From Blastocystis sp. Blastoise (Eukaryota; Protista; Bigyra: Opalinata): 64,000 nt of DNA. The notes beneath the pieces are model-generated. The model saw only the letters and a list, made by a program, of their open reading frames with translations, ran no database searches and was not told where the DNA came from. The DNA lies in the NCBI GenBank assembly GCA_039096225.1, contig JBBPEB010000009.1, positions 620,001 to 684,000 on the forward strand, read 5' to 3'. Shown here piece after piece: positions 13,301 through 37,300 of the stretch (position 1 is its first letter; each line of letters opens with the position of its first letter). A program made the translations under genes and the position numbers.

Positions 13301-16300
13301 TACACGTTTTCATATAGAATCTTATCCATATTATAAATTTAAATTTATAAGAAGTACTACGAATAATATATATTATAGTATTGTTCTTTCTTCTATTTCA
13401 TTAAATAGTATTGATTATGATTCTTTACCTATAGAAGAATTTGAATATGTTCCAAAGGCATTTATTATTTATAAGGGTTCTTATTTCATAAGTCCTAAGC
13501 CAAATTCTGATTTATATCATAATATTACATGTATTTCTTCGGATTTCCCTTTAGGTTTATCGATTGATCGTTATTCAGGTATTATTTATGGTACACCTAT
13601 ACATTTCTTACCTTCTAGTACTTATATTATACGTGCTTATGATGTTAATAATAAACCACATGATACAACTATATATTTAGTTATAGATAAATGTTATCAA
13701 GATCAGACTAATATACAATTTATTATGGATACTTCTAGTAAACAATTCTATCAAAAAAGATCTCTATCATTAACATCTGAAGATGGTTTAAATACTATAT
13801 TTAATTATGATAATATACCATCAGAATCAAGTATTTCTTTTTCTTTATGTTTACCTATATATTTAAATTATAAAGTTATATTAAGTGATAATTTACATCA
13901 AGGATGGGATTTTGATATTTTTTGTATTTATTATAATAATGGATCTTTATTAAATTGTTTTAGTCCTTCTTCTGTTAATTATTATGTTACTAAAACATTT
14001 AAATTAGAATATAGAAAGAATATTGATGATACACCTTGGGTTTATTTAAATAGTAATTCAATTAAAATCCATGATAATCATTGGACAATGGATCCTTATA
14101 ATGTAGATGATTGGTCAATAGGAACACCTGATAAATTTGGAAAACCATTAAGTATTACTCAATATTATCGATTATATATAGAGATTAATCATCCTTTAGA
14201 ATATTCTGTATTAGGAATTATATTACATTATATAGGAGGTTATGTAGTATATCTAAATGGAGTAGAAATAAGTAGAGAAAATATGCCTCAAGGAGAAATT
14301 AATAGAGATACAAAAGCTATATTAACTTATAATACTATTATGACTAATACAAATTATATACCTATAACAAGTCCTTCTATTTCTTTTTTATCTACTTATA
14401 ATTTATTAAGTATTGAAACACATATGGGTCCACAACCTAAATTAATACCTTATTTTAGTGGTAGATTATATTTATTAAGTGATCATGTATATATGTCAAA
14501 AGGAGGTATTTATTCTTCTGATTATTATACTGATATACATAATTTACATTTAGCTTTTGATCAAAAAATATATACTTATTTATCAAGTTCAATATGTGAA
14601 AACTTAACTATTGATTATCAATTTTTAAATGATAATCATGTATATGTTTCTTCTTATACTCTTATTAATACCAATAATCCTAATGCTTTATCACCTTCTA
14701 ATTGGTTATTTTTAGGTTCTAATGATAATGGATATACTTGGAATACTTTACATATAGGGGAAAATATTATATTTGATTCTCCAAATCAAGATAAACGATT
14801 TGATTTCTATATAGAAACAGCATATAATATGTATAGATTACATATATTAGATTGTAAAATGAATTCTTTTGGTTATAATATGAGTAGTCAAAGTAATACT
14901 ACTACTATTTTATCATCATCTGATGAACATATACTTGAAATCTCTGAAATTCAATTTTATTCAAATAGAGTACAACCGATATGTAATAGAACTGATGATA
15001 ACTGGCCAATGGCTGCTGCGAATACATATTCAATTAAATCTTGTCCTGGCTATTATATAGGTGAGTTACGTCGTTTTTGTTTTCTTAATGGTACTTTAAG
15101 TAATCATATAATTGATACATGTCATGTAGGACCTCCTACATTATTTTATTATTCAGATACTTATATATTAGCAAGAGTTGATAATGTACTTTATACAGAA
15201 AAACCACATTTTAATACATATAATGTAAGATTTCGTGCTCTTACTTCATTACCTCTTGGTATAAATATATCTGAAACAACTGGTATTCTATATGGTACAC
15301 CATATATAGGAGATCTTCATTATAATGTAACATTAGAAGCTTATAATGAACAAGGATCTATAGAAACTATATTATATATAATAATAGAAGGAACAGTAAC
15401 AAGTCATTATTGTTTACCGGATAATGATTGGCCATTAACTGTTTCTGGATTTACTATATCAAAGAAATGTAATGATGAAGAAGTTGGTATAATCACAAGA
15501 TTATGTTTACCTTCTCTTATACCTGAATGGCAAACACCTATAAATACATGTATGCCTTCTTCTAATGTTACTTCTATTCAATATGATCGATATAATTATA
15601 TATTTGGTATACGATTACCTGTTCAAATTATACCTTCTATACAAGGAGAAGTTTATAATTGGACTATAATCCCTCGTTATTTACCTGATGGTTTATTATT
15701 TAATAATGGTATTATTTCTGGTGAACCACAAGAAATTATGAATACAACTCGATATAATATTACTGCTTATGGTTATCAGACTATTACAGTAAGTATATTA
15801 ATTACTGTAACTGAACATTATTGTCAAGCAGATGGTCTTTGGCCATTAACTAATGTTAATAACACTGCGTTTATCAGTTGTATATCTACAGATTATGAAG
15901 GATATCTTCAACGTGAATGTATTCTAAAGAATACTCCTCAATGGGGTCCAATTATAGATAAATGTCAATTAAAAACACCTTATGTTATTTATCCTACTAA
16001 TTATATAACTATAGATATTAATAGTCCTATAGAAAACGTAATACCTATATGTCATGGTATATGTAGTTTGTTTGTTATTACTCCTTCTCTTCCTTATGGT
16101 TTAATACTTAATGATACTACAGGTATTATTTCTGGTATACCTTATGTACCATTAGTATTAACAGATTATTGTATTGCTATTTATAATATACATAAAAATA
16201 CTAGTGTAAAATTATCTATTCAAATTAATGATATTCAATGTTTAGATGATAAAGAATGGAGTGCTGCAAGCAAAGGAACCAATCAAACTATTTCTTGTTA

Positions 16301-17408
16301 TGATGATCGTAAAGAAGGATTTGTGACACGTGCTTGTGTTAATTTGGTTCCACCTAATTGGCTAGATCCTTATGACACATGTATTTACAAAAGACCTTAT
16401 ATTATATATGATTCTTATTCATATATATTTTATAAAAATATACCTATTAAACCTATTATACCTTTATTAGAAAATTATATTGAGTTTATAACTATATCTC
16501 CTTCTCTTCCTAATGATATATATATATCAAAAGAAAATGGTACAATTTATGGTAAACCTAGTACTCTTTATCCTACTACTTCTTATACTATTACTGCAAA
16601 GAATCCTGATCAATATGTAGAAATACATATATCTATAGCTGTAGCTATAGGTTATTGTTCTTCGAATGAAACATGGCCTGAAACTGCATATAATTCTACT
16701 AAATATTTATTTTGTTTAGAGAATAAAGCAAGTTATAGAAGTCGACGATGTTCTTTAAAGAATTATACGCTTAGTTGGGATCCACCAAATGATTCGTATT
16801 GTACTATAGTACGAAAAGAAGATACTCCTTTGAAACATATGGTATTTGTATATATGAATATGTATATGTATACAAATAAAACAGAGAATATAAATGCATT
16901 TGATATTAGTATTATTCATCAATTATTATATAATTATTTATCTTTTTATTCTATACCTATGAAACATATAGAATTTTATAATTTAGATACAGATTTTAAT
17001 TCGATTTCACTAATGAATATATCAAATAAAGTATATACTATAACATTAACTATTCGAATTCAAATGAATGATAATAATGATCAAATAAGATCCATGTATA
17101 CTTCACTTATTCAATATATACAGAATCAATTCTATATGAATATACGAATATTAGATCCATCGTTTTCTCCATTATCTCTATCTTCTTCTTTTGATACGAT
17201 AGAAATTATTTATACAAATGAATGGATATATACAATTATATTCATAGCTTTTCTTGTCATTCTCTTTTTATTATTTGCTACTATAGCCGTTGTATTATAT
17301 ACAAGAAAACGAAAAATTTCTTTATATCAAAAAACATATAAGAAACAAGGACAACGTATATATGAAGATGGTGTTATGACTCCTCTTTGTTATATAGACT
17401 CTGATTAA
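10344..17408 (+). CDS. Large type I membrane surface protein with galactose-binding-like, discoidin-like, putative Ig (He_PIG) and Cys-rich HormR-like repeats
   Basis: Signal peptide MMFAFMVILLSSF, three short 5' exons, then one 6.4-kb exon. Repeated VVYING.E, LP.G..I....G.I.G.P and C..D..WP.T....C..G...R.C modules; TM segment IYTIIFIAFLVILFLLFATIAVVLY followed by RKRK. Confidence 0.85.
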
Positions 17409-17804
17409 TTATAATATATTTTTTGTAAATAATATATTATTATTTTATATTCTTTTTATTTTAATTTATTTATTTATTTAATTATTTTTTGCTGGTATTT
17501 TAATATTTATTTTATATATATATATATATATATTTTAAATATAATAAATTATTGTTTTTTGATTTCTTTTTTAAATTATAATTATTATTTATATTTCTTT
17601 TAATATCATTTCAATTGCCTTTTATATATTATAATATATATATATATATTTATTGATAATAATGATTATTCTATTGCAATTATTCGTATATATATATATA
17701 TATGTCTTTTTTATAATAGTATATTTATATGTTTATAAACATGTTACAAATCTTTTAATTCTATTTTTTTTAAAATATATTCTTTATTTTCCTTTAAAGC
17801 GTGC

Positions 17805-17837
<33 letters not shown>

Positions 17838-18806
17838 TATTTATTTCTATTGTTATTCTATTTGATTTTTTATATACATAAATTGCTTTTATGATACTTT
17901 TTTTGTTTCCTTATTATTATATATATATATCTATATATAATTTCTTTTTAATATCTTTTTCAATATTATAATTATTATTCAAACAGTCTTTGCTACAATT
18001 CTTTTTAATATATATATATATATTACATATTATCTTTTTCTTATAGACATTAGTCTTTTTTAGTATTTCTCATAATTATTTAATCATGAGTTTTTTCAAT
18101 TCTTATTTTTTCTTCTTTTATTATTCAATAATAGTTCTTTACCTTTTTCTAACAAATATATCTGCTTTGCTATTCTATTCTATTTTTTTTTTCTCAAATA
18201 TTATATTAGTTATTCAATTAAAAAAACACATTTTCATTCACTTTTATTGAAAAACATATTAGAACCTTTTTTTTTGCTTTGCTATTGTTCATTTATCAAT
18301 TCTTTTAATTATTATCCATTTGCTTTGTTTATATTTATTATAAAATAATAGAATAAAAACTCATTTAGAATAAAAAAAGACATTATCAATTATTTGAGAA
18401 TTACTTTGAAGTTGAAGACCGATCTATTTTATTAACGATTCATGAAATAGTTTCTAATAACATAATAAGACATATACATCTTCAATAAGAGATAGAATAA
18501 TAATAATGATAAAGAAAATGTGCATGAAATTAGTAGCTACAATGCATTTTAAATGTATATCTGAATTTACAGCAAGATTATTTTATAAATATAATTATAC
18601 TATACCAATATGACTTTAATTAATGAAAAATCAAAAAAATAAGGGTTCATTTTTTAATAATAATATATTCATGGGAATTATACTTTCATTTAATGTTTTT
18701 TTAATTTTTTTCACTATACTAGAAATAAAAAGAATTGTTCTAGCTCTTTTGCAATTAGCAACATATTAAGGTAATTATTACTTTAGAGATATCAAGAGAA
18801 CAACAT

Positions 18807-28716
<9,910 letters not shown>

Positions 28717-30604
28717 GTATTTAATTATTTATATATATATTTTATTATATTTGAATATTTTCCACTTTTTTGTTAATGTTTTTATATGAATCTTCTTTAT
28801 TCCTTTTATATATGTTTTTGCAATATTATTCTTGTTTTGTACAATTTTATTTGTTTACAACTGTTTATTCATTTTCATATTTTTAACTTTTATCTATTAT
28901 ACATATATTTAATATTACCTTAATAATTGAGCAACAGGAATTATTCACAAACTTTTAACACAAGCTATTTATCAGTAATTTGTAATACACATTATTCATA
29001 TTTATATGAATTACAACAATAATTTGAATATCATTTATTATTCATTTATTAAATAATTAAAACAATACTTTCGATGTACTCAATCATTTACTATCATGAA
29101 TAAACAGAGAAATAAACATAAATATATTAAACAATTAATAATAATGTAATTAATCCTTTCCAATTTTTTTTGCCACACTGAAGAAGTCATAAAAATTTGT
29201 GACACATTTTAAACTTTTAGCCATAAAAGAAATAATACTCATCATTATGAAGTCTGTTTTAGAATGACTTTTGTGATAGCCACCAAAAGTGCAACAAAAT
29301 GTTAGGAATTGTCTGACTTAAAGAATACTTATTCAAATACATAGATTGTAACAAAAACCGATATTTTGATTATGCACCAAATTATTAAAAAGCAAACGTA
29401 AACATATATACAAATTCCATTAAGCCAGTAGAATACTTTGTATACACATTTAGATTTACACAATTAATAAAAAAATAAAAGAATAAAAACAGTAATATAA
29501 TTATATATATAAATAAATATATATAGATAAATATAGTTACAACTATTAATAATTTCTTTTAAAGATAGATATAAAAAATTAAAACAATATATATAAATAG
29601 AAAGCCAGATCTATAACAAATACGAACATATAAAACTCAATTTATATATTTATAGCCAATAATATTATCAATAAATATATAAAAATCTAAACTATGTTCA
29701 AATAAATATGTAAATAAAACACCCATAATACATATGTAAATAAATATTTAATTATATATTATATATGTATATAAATAATAAATATACATATAATATAAAA
29801 TTATTAAATACAAAGATAAAAATATTTATATTTCCATTATGTATAACATAAATAATAAATATATATTCATGTAACATGTATATATATTTAAAAATAAATA
29901 AATAAAAATAACCCATAAAATGTATGTATATAAACTAATATATACATATCTAAATGAGAAATAAAAGATAGATATAAACAAATAAAACATTATATAAAAA
30001 AAAATATATATATATATTAACCCTTAAAAATATATAACATAAAATTATATAATTATATAAAAAGAATAAAATGAAAACATAGTAATTAAGAATAATATAT
30101 TCAATACAAGAAAACTGTGTAAAAAAACATTAAACTTAAAAAAATAGATTTATAAAAATATATATAGAGCATATAATAATAAAATACTATTATATAAACA
30201 TCTTGCTATTTTTATCAATAAAATATATGAATAAAAAGATATATTATAAACAAATATGTATATATAGAATATAAATTAGATTATTATAAACAAATATAAA
30301 AAATATATATATAAATTTGATTATTATAAAAAGATATAAAAAAAATATATATATATATTAGATTATTATAAAAAAAATATTAATAAAAAAATAGATATAT
30401 AAATTAGATTATATAAAAATGTATAAAAACATATATATATAAATTAGATTATATAAAAAAAAATATTAAAAAAAAAAGATATATAAATTAGAGTATCATA
30501 AAAAAATATTTAAAATATATATATATATATATTAGATTACTATAAAAAATATTTAAAATATATATATATATATATAAATTAGATTATTATAAAACTGCAC
30601 AAAA

Positions 30605-30642
<38 letters not shown>

Positions 30643-30750
30643 TTAATAATAAGTAACAAATATTCAAACAAAAAAATATAACAATTAAAAATTTCAATAA
30701 TAATGATAATTTATATAATTGGCTGGAATAAGTCTAATGAGTTTTTCAAA

Positions 30751-31093
30751 TCAATTCTTTTCATCTACTTGCTTTTCATTAGCAAAAGTATATAATTTTC
30801 CACCGAATAGAACATGATTAGAATCAATAGGTTTTGCATTGAAAAAACTATTATCTTTATAAAAAACTCCACAACTATTAGTACAAGTACTATAATCACC
30901 CAAATCAAAATCTAAAATACTATTCCTAAAATTCAAATATTGTTCTTTGTTACGTCGTCTTCTATATGCTTCAGCAAAAGTAAGTCTTGGCTCAATTCTA
31001 TTGAAATTCATATTGCTATTTCCAATAAAAGGATCACTGAAATGAGTATTACTATTAGGGAGAATGTTTTGATATGCTTCATGATTATGATCA

Positions 31094-31182
<89 letters not shown>

Positions 31183-31257
31183 GAAATTATTATTATCATT
31201 ATTAACGAAATTATTATTATCATTATTAACGAAATTATTATTATCATTATTAACGAA

Positions 31258-31301
<44 letters not shown>

Positions 31302-31338
31302 CATTATTAACCAAATTATTATTATTATTATTAACCAA

Positions 31339-31371
<33 letters not shown>

Positions 31372-34300
31372 GAAATTATTATTATTATTATTATTATCAT
31401 TATTAACCAAATTATTATTATTATTAGCCAAATTATTATTAACCAAATTATTATTAACGAAATTATTATTATCATTATTAACGAAATTATTATTATTATT
31501 AACGAAATTATTATTATTATTAACGAAATTATTATTATTATTAACGAAATTATTATTATTATTATTACCGAAATTATTATTATTATTAACCGAATTATTA
31601 TTAACGAAATTATTATTACCGAAATTATTATTATTAACGAAATTATTATTATTATTAACGAAATTATTATTATTATTAACGAAATTATTATTATTATTAA
31701 CGAAATTATTATTATTATTAACCGAATTATTATTAACGAAATTATTATTACCGAAATTATTATTATTAACGAAATTATTATTATTATTAACGAAATTATT
31801 ATTATTATTCATAAAACCATTCCAATTGCTACCAAAATTAAAACTATTGTTATTAATAATATTGGTTCCTCTATTAGAAATATTATCACAATTAGTATTT
31901 AAGTCAACATTTTCATTTCGGCAATAATTAAAATTAATGTTGTTACTAGTAATAGCACTACTACTAATACTATCATTTTCATGATTATTAAAATAATTAT
32001 TTAAATTAGTATATCCATAATTGTTAGAATTATCATTTAAAGTAATATTGTTTCTATTATTATAATAAGAATTACTATCGTCAACAATACTATTATTTTT
32101 ATCTTCTTCGATTTCCATTAATCCAGTATTATTTTCAGTACATGCATCATAATAATGATTGCCTTCATTTTCAACTTCTTTATACATAATTCCTCCAACA
32201 ACAACATGATGATTATCACTTTCCATATCATTATTTAAATTATAATCCATAGTATCACTAGAATTATCATCCATATTATCATCAATCATATTATTATTAC
32301 TAGTTTCATTAGTATTATTATCAATATTATTATTACTAGTTTCATTAGTATCATTATCATCAATCATATTATTATTACTAGTTTCATTAGTATTATTATC
32401 ATCAATCATATTATTATTACTAGTTTCATTAGTATTATTATAATCCATAGTATCAGAATTATCATCCATACTGTCATCAATCATATTATTATTATTATTT
32501 TCATAAGTATTATTATAATCAATAATATTATTATTACTAGTTTCATTAGTATTATTATCATCAATCATATTATTATTATTATTATTTTCATAAGTATTAT
32601 AATCAATAATATTATTATTATTACTAGTATCATTAGTATTATAATCAATAATAATATTATTATTATTTGTTTCATTAATATTATTATCAATAATATTATT
32701 ATTACTAGTTTCATTAGTATTATTATAATCAGTAATATTATTATTAATAGTTTCATTAGTATTATAGTCAATAATGTTATTATTAATATTTTCATTAGTA
32801 TTATAATCAATAATGTTATTATTAATATTTTCATTAGTATTATCATCTATAATATTATTATTACTAGTTTCATTAGTATTATCATCTATAATATTATTAT
32901 TACTAGTTTCATTAGTATTATTATCAATATTATTATTAATAGTTTCATTAGTATTATCTTCAATAATATTATTATTACTAGTTTCATTAGTATTATCTTC
33001 AATAATATTATTATTAATATTTTCATTAGTATTATAATCAATAATATTATTATTACTATTATTTTCATAAGTATTATTATAATCAATATTATTATTATTA
33101 GTATTTTCATAAGTATGATAATCAATATTATTATTATTACTAGTATCATTAGTATTATAATCAATAATATTATTATTATTACTAGTATCATTAGTATTAT
33201 AATCAATAATATTATTATTATTACTAGTATCATTAGTATTATAATCAATAATATTATTATTACTATTATTACTATTATTACTATTATTTTCATAAGTATT
33301 ATTATAATCAATATTATTATTATTAATATTTTCATTAGTATTATAATCAATATTATTATTACTATTATTTTCATTAGTTGTATCATCAATAATATTATTA
33401 CTAATAGTTTCATTAGTATTATTATAATCAATATTATTATTATTAATATTTTCATTAATATTATTATCAATAATACTATTATTAATAGTTTCATTAGTAT
33501 TATTATTACTAGTTTCAGTAGTATTATTATAATCAATAATACTATTATTTTCATTAGCATTATTATCAATAATATTATTATTATTACTAGTTTCATTAGC
33601 ATTATTATCAATAATAATATTATTATTACTAGTTTCATTAGTATTATAATCAATAATATTATTATTATTATTATTTTCATAAGTATTATAATCAATAATA
33701 TTATTATTATTACTAGTATCATTAGTATTATAATCAATAATATTATTATTATTAATAGTTTCATTAGTATTATTATAATCAATAATATTATTATTAATAG
33801 TTTCATTAGTATTATTATCAATAATAATATTATTAATATTTTCATTAGTATTATTATCAATAATAATATTATTATTTTCATTAGTATTATTATAATCAAT
33901 AATATTATCATCAGCATGAATATTAATAGTTTCATTAGTATTATAATCAATAATACTATTATTAATAGTTTCATTAGTATTATTATAATCAATATTATTA
34001 TTATTATTTTCATTAGTATTATAATCAATAATATTATTATTATTAATAGTTTCATTAGTATTATCATTAGTATTATTATAATCAATAATATTATTATTAA
34101 TAGTTTCATTAGTATTATTATCAATAATAATATTATTATTATTAATAGTATCATTAGTATTATTATTATCAATAATACTATTATTAATAGTTTCATTAGT
34201 ATTATTATAATCAATAATATTATTATTATTAATAGTTTCATTAGTATAATCTTCAATAATGTTATTAATAATAGTTTCATTAGTATTATTATCAATAATA

Positions 34301-37300
34301 TTATTATTAATATTTTCATTAGTATTATTATAATCAATAATATTATTATTATTATTTTCATTAGTATTATTATAATCAATAATAATATTATTATTAATAG
34401 TTTCATTAGTATTATTATAATCAATAATAATATTATTATTATTATTATTTTCATAAGTATTATTATAATCAATAATATTATTATTAATAGTTTCATAAGT
34501 ATTATTATGATCAATAATATTATTATTAATAGTTTCATTAGTATTATTATTAATAATATTAATATTTTCATTAATATTATCATCTATAATATTATTATTA
34601 ATATTTTCATTAGTATTATTATCAATAATATTATTATTAATATTTTCATTAACATTATCATCATTAGTAATATTATTATCATTTTCATTAATATTATTAT
34701 CAATAATATTATTATCATTTTCATTAGTATTATTATCAATAATATTATTAATAATAGTTTCATTAATATTATCATCTATAATATTATTAATAATAGTTTC
34801 ATTAATATTATTATCAATAATATTATTATCATTTTCATCAGTATTATTATCAATAATATTATTAATAATAGTTTCATTAGTATTATCATCAATAATATTA
34901 TTAATAATAGTTTTATTAATATTATCATCATTAGTAATATTATTATCATGCTCATTAATATTATCAACAATAATATTATTATTAATAGTTTCATTAGTAT
35001 TATCATCAATAATATTATTATCATTTTTATTAGTATTATCATCAATAATATTATTATCATTTTCATTAATATTATCATGTATAATATTATTATCATTTTC
35101 ATTAATATTATCATCAATAATATTATTATCATTTTCATTAATATTATCATGTATAATATTATTATCATTTTCATTAATATTATCATCAATAATATTATTA
35201 TTATTTTCATTAATATTATCATCAATAATATTATTAATAATAGTTTCATTAGTATTATCATCAATAATATTATTATCATTTTCATTAATATTATCATGTA
35301 TAATATTATTATCATTTTCATTAATATTATCATCAATAATATTATTAATAATAGTTTCATTAATATTATCATCAATAATATTATTATTATTTTCATTAGT
35401 ATTATCATCATTAGTAATATTATTATCATTTTCATTAATATTATAATCAATAATATTATTATTAATAGTTTCATTAATATTATCATCTATAATATTATTA
35501 TCATTTTCATTAGTATTATTATCAATAATAATATTATTAATATTTTCATTAGTATTATTATCAATAATAATATTATTATTTTCATTAGTATTATAATCAA
35601 TAATATTATTATCATTTTCATTAATATTATCATCAAAAATATTATTAATAGCTTCATCAATATTATAATCAATAATATTATTATTAATAATAATTCTATA
35701 TAATTCAACTAACCTTCTACAAATATCACATATTACCAAAACCAAAAATAGAGTTGAAATAACCAAAATGCCATTTTTTTGAGGTAATGAAAAACAAATA
35801 CAATAGTCATTCAATATTTCATACTTCTCTTCTTCATTTAATTGCTTAAATAATTTTTGTATACATATCTGATAATATATACTAGTGGTGGTAGTATTAT
35901 ATATATCTCCATCTTCTTTACTGGACTTGGTGGTGACAAGACCAGTAATAGAAGTGTTGTTGTTAGTATTGTTAGTGGTGATAACAGTATTAACAACAGA
36001 AGTATAAGAAGTAACAAAAATTGATGAAGAAGAAGAGGAAGAAACATTTGCAAGAGTATTAGAATTAGAAGTGGCATTGATAATAGAAGTCGTATGATTT
36101 TCAAGATAAACTATATGATTGTCGGTAATAATATGATTATTATCATATGTATAGTTGGTAAGAGAATTATAATTACTATTTATTAATGTGTAATTAGTAA
36201 TATATAAAAATATATCCATAGTATTATTCAAAGAAACAGTATAATTATCAGTAGTATAAGTAATATTATTAATACATATAAGATTATCAATATTAAAAAT
36301 ATTATCATCAATTTTACAAGGATCAGTATAAGTAATATTATTAATACATATAAGATTATCAATATTAAAAATATTATCATCAATTTTACAAGGATCAGTA
36401 TAAGTAATATTATTAATACATATAAGATTATCAATATTAAAAATATTATCATCAATTTTACAAGGATCAGTATAAGTAATATTATTAATACATATAAAAT
36501 TATCAATATTAAAAATATTATCATCAATTTTACAAGGATCAGTATAAGTAATATTATTAATACATATAAGATTATCAATATTAAAAATATTATCATCAAT
36601 TTTACAAGGATCAGTATAAGTAATATTATTAATACATATAAGATTATCAATATTAAAAATATTATCATCAATTTTACAAGGATCAGTATAAGTAATATTA
36701 TTAATACATATAAGATTATCAATATTAAAAATATTATCATCAATTTTACAAGGATCAGTATAAGTAATATTATTAATACATATAAAATTATCAATATTAA
36801 AAATATTATCATCAATTTTACAAGGATCAGTATAAGTAATATTATTAATACATATAAAATTATCAATATTAAAAATATTATCATCAATTTTACAAGGATC
36901 AGTATAAGTAATATTATTAATACATATAAAATTATCAATATTAAAAATATTATCATCAATTTTACAAGGATCAGTATAAGTAATATTATTAATACATATA
37001 AGATTATCAATATTAAAAATATTATCATCAATTTTACAAGGATCAGTATAAGTAATATTATTAATACATATAAGATTATCAATATTAAAAATATTATCAT
37101 CAATTTTACAAGGATCAGTATAAGTAATATTATTAATACATATAAAATTATCAATATTAAAAATATTATCATCAACTTTACAAGGATCAGTAACATAAGT
37201 ATCATCTATAATATCATCATTACAATTAATGATACAAATATAAGTTATAGAAAGAGTATAAGCAGTATTATGAATATTATGAATATTATTCATAATAGAA

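Noticed and set aside
36244-37192. CRISPR-like regular repeat array
   Set aside because: Units are head-to-tail with no unique spacers, lie in frame inside a eukaryotic CDS, and there are no cas genes.
30940-37205. Long Ile/Leu-rich ORFs in alternative frames and on the opposite strand (e.g. 33115-35703 +, 32886-34583 -)
   Set aside because: These are shadow frames of the Asn-rich repeat CDS; AAT/ATT repeats lack stops in several frames.
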